From Alphaproteobacteria bacterium (GTDB taxonomy: Bacteria; Pseudomonadota; Alphaproteobacteria; SP197), in the NCBI GenBank assembly GCA_964291415.2, contig OZ219919.1:3721-67720 (forward strand): DNA of 64,000 bases. The letters run 5' to 3'. The notes below the pieces were generated by a model. That model searched no databases. It was not told where the DNA came from and worked only from the letters and a program-made list of their open reading frames with translations. The translations under genes and the position numbers were made by a program. Positions 57,218 through 64,000 of this stretch are shown in pieces (the stretch's first letter is position 1; the number at the start of each line of letters is the position of its first letter).

Positions 57218-58621
57218 ATGAGCGATGACGTCAAGAAGTGGGGTGACGAGGAGTTCTGGGGTATCGGCTACGAGTACGACCCGCAGTTCTTCCTGACCGA
57301 ACGGCAGCGGGAGATCCAGAAGGATCTCATCGAACTGTGCCGGACCACGCTCAGGGTGAACGCCGTCGAATCGGACCGCGGCTTCATCTTCCCGCGCAAG
57401 AATTTCGAAGCTCTCGCCTCCAAGGGCCTCCTCGGTCTCTTCGTTCCCGAGGAACTCGGCGGCATGGGCGAGAACCATGTCGCCATGTGCATGGTCGTGG
57501 AGACCGTAGCCCGCTACGGCTGTCCGTCGACAGCGATGTGCCTCACCATGCACTATGGCGCCTGTTCGGCTGCCCTCTTCCGCTACCACGACAACGACGC
57601 TCTAAGGGACATCCTGTCGCGTCTCGACCGCGACGTTCTGGTCGGAACCCTGTCCTACTCCGATCCCGAGACGGGCTCCCATTTCTGGTATCCGGTCTCG
57701 TCGGGCGCCGAGGCGACCGAGGACGGCTGGAAGGTCACCAAGAAGGCCTCCTGGACGACGTCGGGCGGCTTTGCCGACTGGTACATCGTGCAGACCACGT
57801 CGCCGGATTTCGGTGGTGACTATTCGGATCTCTCCGTGTGGCTGATCCTGGCCGACGAGGTCGAGGCCGATGTCGCCGGCTGGGACGGCATGGGCATGCG
57901 CGGCAACCAGTCGGGAGCGCTCCTGGTGGACGGCGTCACCATCCCGAAGAACCGCCTCGTGGGCCCCAAGGGGGACGGCGCGGTCTCCAACGACGAGACT
58001 GTGGACCCGTTCTTCCTGCTGAACTCGTCGTGCTCCTGGAACGGCATTGCCATGGGCATGATCGATATCGCCAAGAGGCACACGACCCGCAAGCGCCACG
58101 TCGACGTCGGCTTGCGGGTGTGCGACTACCCCACCATCCAGGACTACGTCGGGGAAGCGATCATCGGCACCAACGCCAGCCGGATGATGACGTTCGGTCT
58201 TGCCAAGGCCCTCGATGAACTCACCGGGAACTGCGACTGGTCGATTCACCGGAACCTGGAGGCCGTGCCCCGGGCCGATCTCCTGAACCAGCTCTGGCAG
58301 GTCAAGTTCCAGGCGGCCAAGAACGTGCACGAGGTGTCGGACAAGATGCTCCACGCCTGCGGCGGCACCGCCTACAAGGCCGGTCTCGGCATGGAACGAC
58401 TCCTGCGCGACGCCAAGGCGGGCTGGGTCATGGGACCGACCAACGAAGTGCTCCGCCAGTTTGTCGGCAAGCACGCGCTCCTCGGCTTCGATTCCCTCGA
58501 TTACTGGAATACGTCGATCAACCACCGGTCCATCGACAACGAGGTGAAGAAGATGTCCGCCGACGAGAAGAAGGCGCTGGCGGATCGCCTGCTCGAGGAA
58601 GCCGGCGCCGCTGCCGAGTAG
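57218..58621 (+). CDS. Acyl-CoA dehydrogenase-fold flavoprotein, atypical (canonical catalytic Glu not evident)
   Basis: ORF 57200 (GTG) trimmed to ATG 57218 with AGGGAG upstream. The ACAD N, middle and C domains are readable (LLGLFVPEELGGMG, GWDGMGMRGNQSG, RLLRDAKAGWVMGPTNEV). It also has a charged C-terminal extension. Confidence 0.75.
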   Translation: MSDDVKKWGDEEFWGIGYEYDPQFFLTERQREIQKDLIELCRTTLRVNAVESDRGFIFPRKNFEALASKGLLGLFVPEELGGMGENHVAMCMVVETVARYGCPSTAMCLTMHYGACSAALFRYHDNDALRDILSRLDRDVLVGTLSYSDPETGSHFWYPVSSGAEATEDGWKVTKKASWTTSGGFADWYIVQTTSPDFGGDYSDLSVWLILADEVEADVAGWDGMGMRGNQSGALLVDGVTIPKNRLVGPKGDGAVSNDETVDPFFLLNSSCSWNGIAMGMIDIAKRHTTRKRHVDVGLRVCDYPTIQDYVGEAIIGTNASRMMTFGLAKALDELTGNCDWSIHRNLEAVPRADLLNQLWQVKFQAAKNVHEVSDKMLHACGGTAYKAGLGMERLLRDAKAGWVMGPTNEVLRQFVGKHALLGFDSLDYWNTSINHRSIDNEVKKMSADEKKALADRLLEEAGAAAE

Positions 58622-58634
58622 TCCCTCCACACTC

Positions 58635-58728
58635 CTCGTCGACGCAAGTGTTCCTTCCGTCGACGAGATTCTCCTCCGGTACGATGCCGGGGCAAGACTG
58701 CGACATTGCCGCCCTCTCGAGGGCGGCA
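58635..58728 (+). promoter_or_regulatory. Two hairpins in the 118-nt ACAD/APH spacer
   Basis: CTCGTCGACG (58635-58644) pairs with CGTCGACGAG (58658-58667). TGCCGCCCTC-TC-GAGGGCGGCA spans 58707-58728 and ends 11 nt before ATG 58740. Neither has a U-tract. Confidence 0.4.
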
Positions 58729-58739
58729 GTTCCGCCACC

Positions 58740-59507
58740 ATGTCACTGCTCGAGATCGTCGACTCGGACGGCCGTCCGGCCCGCGTCGTGCTGCGCCGGT
58801 GCGGGCAGGCAAACCTGCGCGCCAATCCAGATGCCGCCCACGCGGAGTTTCACCTCCTGACGCACCTGGCGGCCCGCGGATTGCCGGTGCCGCGGGCGCT
58901 GGCTCACGATTCTGCCTGCGCGACACCATGGCTGCTTCTGGAGTACCGCGACGGTGAGCCGCTCTGGCATCCATCGGAGAAGCACACCCTGGCGATGGCC
59001 GGTTTTCTTGCGGATCTGCACGCAATCGCACCCGGCGATGCACTCCCCTTCGTGCCGCGCCAGATCATGCCCGATGTTCCGGCATCCACCCTTCTCGATC
59101 TGCCGGCTGACCTCGACTGGCCACCTGGCGCGCCGGGCGCCCGCCGGCTGCTCCACGGCGACTTCTGGACCGGCAACGTCTTGTGGAAGGACGGCGGTCT
59201 GGCAGCAGTGATCGACTGGGAGGACGCCATGATCGGCGATCCCCTTGCCGATCTCGCGATTGCCCGTTCGAACCTCGTGTGGACACACGGCGCAGCGGCC
59301 TGTCGCGCCTTTACGGCGTCCTACCGCAACGCCATGGGCATTGACCCGCATCGCCTGTGGCTATGGGACATCCATGCCGCCACGACCATGGCGCCGCAGG
59401 CAGCGGACTACGCCGCTGACTGGCAGGATCTCGGCCGCAAGGACGTCAGCGAAGAGGTGATCCTCGAGCGGCTCCAGGAACTCGTCGACGGTGCCGTGAT
59501 GCCGTGA
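58740..59507 (+). CDS. Aminoglycoside phosphotransferase (APH)/choline-kinase-like family kinase
   Basis: 255-aa ORF. Catalytic loop LLHGDFWTGNVLW and metal-binding VIDWEDAMIGDP. The N-lobe is short and starts just before RVVLRR. Confidence 0.7.
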   Translation: MSLLEIVDSDGRPARVVLRRCGQANLRANPDAAHAEFHLLTHLAARGLPVPRALAHDSACATPWLLLEYRDGEPLWHPSEKHTLAMAGFLADLHAIAPGDALPFVPRQIMPDVPASTLLDLPADLDWPPGAPGARRLLHGDFWTGNVLWKDGGLAAVIDWEDAMIGDPLADLAIARSNLVWTHGAAACRAFTASYRNAMGIDPHRLWLWDIHAATTMAPQAADYAADWQDLGRKDVSEEVILERLQELVDGAVMP

Positions 59508-61862
59508 TCAGGACCGCGGGCGTTCCTTCTTGGGATCATAGAAGGGGAAGGGCACCACGGTGGCCGGAATGCGCTTCTGGTGTCCGTCCATCTTGCCCAC
59601 CTCGACCTCGTCACCGATCGAAGCATGGTTCACATCCATGCGCGCCAACGCGATGTTGCGATTGAGCAAAGGTGACCGCATGCCGCTCGTGACAACACCC
59701 ACCTGCGCCCGTGCCACACGTACGCAGTCACCGTGGGCCGCTGCCTCGTTGCCCTCGAGTTCCAGCCCGACAAGCTTGCGCTGGGGGTGGGCCTTGCGGC
59801 GCTCGAGAGCCTGACGGCCAACGAAGTCCTCCTCCGTCGTCTTCAGCCCCACGGTGAAGCCGATCCCGGCCTCGAAGGGATCCGTCTGGTCATCGAATTC
59901 CTGACCGGCGAACACCAGGCCCGCCTCGATGCGCAGGAGATCGAGGCCATCAAGACCCAGGGGCAGGATGCCATGCGGCTCGCCAGCCTCGAACACGGCA
60001 TCCCAGACCTCTTCGGCGTGCCGGGGATGGCACCACACCTCGTAACCCAGCTCACCGGTGTATCCCGTCCGCGACACGACCACAGGCACGCCGTTGTGGT
60101 CGCCAACGCGACCGACTGTGAACCTGAACCAGTTGATCTCGTCGACACGCGGGTTTGCCGGTGCCGTCCAGATGATGTCGCCCAGAAGGTCGCGGCTGCG
60201 CGGCCCCTGAATGGCAAGGTTGTGCAGTTGATCGGTGGAACTGCGCACCAGCGCCCGCAACCCCCACTCCTTCGCCTTGGCGCGCAGCCATTCACCGCCG
60301 AAGTCCGTGCCGCCGATCCAGCGATAGCCGGTCTCCGACAGGCGGAACAGCGTCCCGTCGTCGATCATGCCGCCGTGGTCGTAGCACATCGCCGAATAGA
60401 CGACATGGTGATCAGCCATGCGCCTGACGTTGCGTGTCAGGGTCCTCTGCATGAGTTCGCCGGCATCGGGTCCGGTGACCTCGAACTTGCGCAGGGGAGA
60501 AAGATCCATGGCGGTGACACGTTCCCGGCACGCCCAGTACTCGTCGACTGCACCGTGGTTGGTGTAGTGGGTGGGCAGCCAGAAGCCGTTGTATTCGGTG
60601 AAGTTGCGAGTCCGTGCGGCCGTGCGTCCGTGGAACCCTGTCTCGCGGGTCATCTGGGGGTCGGAATCGGGCATGGGTCTGTTGGCGATCGCCTTCCTGA
60701 AGAGATTGTCCCCGGGATAGATGCGGATGAGGATATCCGTGGGATTCCAGCCGTTGGCGGAGGAGATGGCATCCGGACACGAGGTGTTCACGCACACGAC
60801 GTCCTGCAGGGCGCGGCACAGCACGTAGTCACCGGGGCGTGACCATGGCTCGTCGAGATAGATCTGATAGTTGTCGTCGACCAGCGAGTTGTAGAAGAAA
60901 TTCATCGCCTGCCAGCCCTTGCGCGGGCGCACGTCATATGGCTCGAGCGAGGCGTTCATGTTGTCGGTGCAGTTCACGTGGCCGGGATAGCCGACGTCGT
61001 CGTAGTACTTCGCCGTGCAGGCGAAATTGAAGCTGTCGTGGCGGCCCACCGTGTCCTGGATGATCTCGATCGAGGGCTGAAGGTCGGCATCGAAGAGCTT
61101 GGAGAAGAGGCCCGGAGCGGGATAGGCGGCGCCATTGAGAACACGGGTGGCGGTGGGATCGATATCACGTTCCAGTCTCCGGTCGAGCGCGGCAAGCGAC
61201 AGGGCCTGGAAGTCAGAACACTGGCGTCCCTCGACATCGAGGACCTGGATGTATTCGCCCTCTTTCACCTCGTAGGCCCGGGCGGTACCGGGCCCAAGAC
61301 GAAACTCGTCACGCGGCTCGGCTAGGGGGTCGGGCAGGCTCCGTTCCGCCGCCACGGCGGCATCCTTGCGGTGGACGAAGAGTTCGAGAGGTGTCGGCGG
61401 CCACTGCGCCGAGACCTCCATGGGTTCCCCGGGCGCGGCGACGATGGCGAAGCCGTCCTCTTCCACGGTGATCTCCTCATCCACCCCGGCAGGTGTCCCG
61501 GGGCCGAAGAGGTGCACTGCGTGATCAAAGCGAGAGGTCCAGCCCTTGCGTGCGAGCGTGTCGAGCAGCGACCGGGCCGCCTCGCCACCCCCGGTCAACA
61601 TGGCCGCGAGACCGGCCGCCGGACCGGAATCGGCACGGCCGAGAATACCGGGAACCTGTCGTGCCGCGTTGTCAAAGGCGACGATTTCGCATGTCTGGCC
61701 GCCTTCGGTGTTGACGATCTTCAGGGTGTCACCGGCAAGGACCGTGATCACCACGGAGCCGGCAGCCGGCACCACGTAGCGTTCAACGCCTGGCGGCAGT
61801 CTCCTGATACCGGGAATCAACAAGCGCGGGCGTTCACGCGCTTCGGCCACCATCACCGCCAT
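59508..61862 (-). CDS. Three-part fusion: short DUF1989-like repeat, full DUF1989 domain, and GcvT-type aminomethyltransferase (folate-binding) domain
   Basis: 784-aa ORF with an ATG start. N-terminal AAGSVVITVLAGDTLKIVNTEGGQTCEIVAFD. Central ARAYEVKEGEYIQVLDVEGRQCSDFQAL...CVNTSCPD. C-terminal RKFEVTGPDAGELMQ, GYTGELGYEVW and FEAGIGF. Confidence 0.8.
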   Translation of the reverse strand: MAVMVAEARERPRLLIPGIRRLPPGVERYVVPAAGSVVITVLAGDTLKIVNTEGGQTCEIVAFDNAARQVPGILGRADSGPAAGLAAMLTGGGEAARSLLDTLARKGWTSRFDHAVHLFGPGTPAGVDEEITVEEDGFAIVAAPGEPMEVSAQWPPTPLELFVHRKDAAVAAERSLPDPLAEPRDEFRLGPGTARAYEVKEGEYIQVLDVEGRQCSDFQALSLAALDRRLERDIDPTATRVLNGAAYPAPGLFSKLFDADLQPSIEIIQDTVGRHDSFNFACTAKYYDDVGYPGHVNCTDNMNASLEPYDVRPRKGWQAMNFFYNSLVDDNYQIYLDEPWSRPGDYVLCRALQDVVCVNTSCPDAISSANGWNPTDILIRIYPGDNLFRKAIANRPMPDSDPQMTRETGFHGRTAARTRNFTEYNGFWLPTHYTNHGAVDEYWACRERVTAMDLSPLRKFEVTGPDAGELMQRTLTRNVRRMADHHVVYSAMCYDHGGMIDDGTLFRLSETGYRWIGGTDFGGEWLRAKAKEWGLRALVRSSTDQLHNLAIQGPRSRDLLGDIIWTAPANPRVDEINWFRFTVGRVGDHNGVPVVVSRTGYTGELGYEVWCHPRHAEEVWDAVFEAGEPHGILPLGLDGLDLLRIEAGLVFAGQEFDDQTDPFEAGIGFTVGLKTTEEDFVGRQALERRKAHPQRKLVGLELEGNEAAAHGDCVRVARAQVGVVTSGMRSPLLNRNIALARMDVNHASIGDEVEVGKMDGHQKRIPATVVPFPFYDPKKERPRS

Positions 61863-62019
61863 GGTCAGCTCCGTCGTGCAGCATGAATCACAACGATAGC
61901 AACCGGGCCCTGTAGCCGCAACTCGCCGGCACCGCAGATGCAGGTCTCCATCCCGCCCCCCTTTTCATTGTCCGCGTGTTTCTCTACATCGTGATGCGAC
62001 TGCGGCCGGCCGGATCTGG

Positions 62020-64000
62020 ATGAACGAACTAACCCTCTCTCATGGGCTTGCCTTTCGCGACCTTTACAGTCGTGAAGGTCTCGTGCGTCTCGACCACGCC
62101 TTCAGCGAGGCGTTGCAGCGCCACGACGTAGCTCTCTACAACCGGTTGATGAGTGCCCGGGCGGCCCCCGGAGACCTCTCCGACAGGGAGCACTCCGACC
62201 TCCTCGTCGACCTTGGACCCTTTGTCGAGGACTTCATCGCCGATCTCTTCCGGGTGACGGGCGACCTCGATCGTCAACGCGCGGCGAGCCGCGACCTCGA
62301 CCCGGTCTACCAGTGCAAGCTTGTCTTCGTGCGCCGGCGTGCCGCACGTGTCCGGCTGGAAGAGGACATCGATGCCATCGATGGCGAGGTCCTCACACGT
62401 GAGGTCGAGACGCTGATCGGCGGGGACTTCGACGAGCTTGAATTCTCGCGGGCCGTTCTTGGCTGGCTCGAGGACGAATCGGGCCACGCGGACGAGATCG
62501 CCTGCGCGGAACGGTTTGCGGCGTGGGCCACGCGCTCGCGTACCGGAATGTTGCGGTATCGCAAGAGCGCCCTCTTCCGCCTGCCCCGGAGGACGGATCC
62601 CGACAGCCTGGTGCCGGTGGTCACCGAGGTGAAGGACGGCGTCACCATGCTTGCCGCCCCATCTGAAGACCTGCGCACCAGGGAGGGTTTCGCGCTGACC
62701 GATGAGGGCATGGATCTCGCGCAGGCGATGGCGCACGCCAACTACTGCATCTTCTGCCACAACCAGGGCAAGGACAGCTGCTCGAAGGGTCTGCTGGAGA
62801 AGCAGGGCACGTCCTTCCGTACCTCGGCCCACCGCATCCCCCTGGCCGGATGTCCTCTTGACGAGAAGATCAGCGAAATGAACCTGCTGAAGGCCCGGGG
62901 ACACGGCCTCGCCGCTCTCGCCGTCGTCATGATCGACAATCCGCTCGCCGCCGCCACGGGCCATCGCATCTGCAACGACTGCATGAAGGCCTGCATCTAC
63001 CAGAAGCAGGAGCCTGTCGACATTCCGCAGGTCGAGACCCGTACGCTGAAGGATGTCCTGGCCCTGCCCTGGGGGTTCGAGATCTACAGCCTGCTGTCCC
63101 GGTGGAACCCCCTCAACCTGACGCATCCCGTGCCGCGCCCGCCGTCCGGGCGCCGCGTGCTGGTGGTGGGCACCGGTCCCGCCGGCTTCAGCCTGGCCCA
63201 TCACCTGCAGAACGACGGTCACACGGTCGTGGCCATCGACGGGCTCAAGATCGAACCCCTCGATCCCGATGTCTCCGGCATCGACATCTTCGGCAGCCGG
63301 AGGGCGTTCCGGCCCATTCGCGACATCGCGGAACTCCACGAGTCCCTCGACGACAGGGTGATGGCGGGATTCGGCGGCGTGGCCGAGTACGGCATCACGG
63401 TGCGCTGGGACAAGAACTTCCTCAAGCTGATACGCCTGCAGCTGGAACGGCGTTCGTCGTTCCGGATGTACGGCGGTGTGCGCTTCGGCGGCACGGTCAC
63501 CATCGAAAGCGCATTCGCCATGGGCTTTGATCACATCGCGCACTGTGCCGGAGCCGGACGACCGCAACTCATCGACATGCCCAACGCCCTCGCCCGGGGC
63601 GTTCGCATGGCCTCCGATTTCCTCATGGCGCTGCAGCTGACCGGCGCCGCCAGACAGGTGTCGATCGCCAATCTCCAGCTGCGCCTTCCTGCCGTCGTCA
63701 TCGGCGGCGGACTGACCGCCATCGACACGGCGACCGAGGCCCTTGCCTACTACCCGCGCCAGGTCGAGCGGTTCCTCGATCGCTACCGGATCCTCGTTTC
63801 CGAACTCGGCGAGGAGCACGTGCGGGCGTCGTGGAGCGAGGAGGAGGCTGTCATTGCCGACACCTTCATGGATCATGCGAGCGCGATCGCCCGGGAGCGC
63901 GGGGAGGCGGCCAGGGAGAACCGCGAGCCGGATCTTCTGGGCCTTCTCGATTCGTGGGGCGGGGTCACCATCGCCTACCGCCGCGACCTGAGCGAAGCGC
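62020..64000 (+). CDS. Large Fe-S/FAD-NAD(P) oxidoreductase (glutamate synthase small-subunit-like core); the C-terminus lies beyond the right window edge
   Basis: Absent from the ORF track because there is no stop before the window end. My translation from ATG 62020 reads MNELTLSHGLAFRDLYSREGLVRLDHAF... Cys clusters CIFCHNQGKDSC, GCPLDEKISEM and CNDCMKACIY. Dinucleotide folds RVLVVGTGPAGFSLAHHL and VVIGGGLTAIDTA. The 615-aa minus ORF 62029..63876 is its antisense shadow. Confidence 0.65.
   Translation, partial: MNELTLSHGLAFRDLYSREGLVRLDHAFSEALQRHDVALYNRLMSARAAPGDLSDREHSDLLVDLGPFVEDFIADLFRVTGDLDRQRAASRDLDPVYQCKLVFVRRRAARVRLEEDIDAIDGEVLTREVETLIGGDFDELEFSRAVLGWLEDESGHADEIACAERFAAWATRSRTGMLRYRKSALFRLPRRTDPDSLVPVVTEVKDGVTMLAAPSEDLRTREGFALTDEGMDLAQAMAHANYCIFCHNQGKDSCSKGLLEKQGTSFRTSAHRIPLAGCPLDEKISEMNLLKARGHGLAALAVVMIDNPLAAATGHRICNDCMKACIYQKQEPVDIPQVETRTLKDVLALPWGFEIYSLLSRWNPLNLTHPVPRPPSGRRVLVVGTGPAGFSLAHHLQNDGHTVVAIDGLKIEPLDPDVSGIDIFGSRRAFRPIRDIAELHESLDDRVMAGFGGVAEYGITVRWDKNFLKLIRLQLERRSSFRMYGGVRFGGTVTIESAFAMGFDHIAHCAGAGRPQLIDMPNALARGVRMASDFLMALQLTGAARQVSIANLQLRLPAVVIGGGLTAIDTATEALAYYPRQVERFLDRYRILVSELGEEHVRASWSEEEAVIADTFMDHASAIARERGEAARENREPDLLGLLDSWGGVTIAYRRDLSEA

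Noticed and set aside
62029-63876. 615-aa minus-strand ORF at the right edge
   Set aside because: The + strand frame from ATG 62020 gives a coherent Fe-S/flavoprotein with two dinucleotide folds and has no stop before the window end. The minus ORF is its shadow.
1-64000. CRISPR arrays, insertion sequences, integrases, prophage or known defence genes
   Set aside because: I saw no regularly spaced repeats, no transposase or recombinase motifs, and no tRNA-flanked boundary in any frame. The accessory regions look metabolic rather than mobile.

Overview
High-GC (roughly two-thirds G+C by eye) chromosomal segment. It carries alphaproteobacterial synteny hallmarks: amiC-mrcA-prfB, aroQ-accB-accC-aat, an NDUFA12-MlaD-DUF2155 cluster, and an RNase E with an insertion in the S1 region. 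I can support about 55 protein genes. I recognised no rRNA, tRNA, CRISPR array, transposase, integrase or known defence system. Layout: (i) 0-24.7 kb is an accessory catabolic island. It holds PhyH, an O-methyltransferase, an amidohydrolase, two DAO-type flavoproteins, tandem hydantoinase-B paralogs with a distant hydantoinase-A, a GbcA/CMO-like Rieske oxygenase, a polyamine-type ABC importer with a fused permease, TauD, an orphan family-5 binding protein, a CocE/NonD hydrolase and ProX. (ii) 25-30.6 kb holds divergent sat and aprM-aprB-aprA (APS reductase and ATP sulfurylase). (iii) 30.7-37.4 kb holds amide-bond enzymes: GH3, an Ntn acylase, MlrC and DUF1989. (iv) 37.5-56 kb is housekeeping: alkA-like, pyrD, prfB with a textbook +1 frameshift, PBP1A, amidase, rne, ggt, an M48 protease, aroQ-accBC and aat. 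(v) 56-64 kb is accessory: a STAS-GPP34 pair, an ACAD-fold protein plus an APH kinase, a DUF1989-DUF1989-GcvT fusion, and a large Fe-S flavoprotein cut by the window edge. The ORF track contains many long antisense shadow ORFs, which are typical of GC-rich DNA. It also omits two genes that run off the window edges. No single locus is demonstrably a new system. The best candidates for undescribed biology are the MlrC-acylase-GH3 operon, the DUF1989/GcvT fusion, the STAS-GPP34 pair, the atypical ACAD plus APH pair, and the tandem HyuB arrangement. All protein assignments rest on motifs I could read and on recalled family knowledge, because no search was run.
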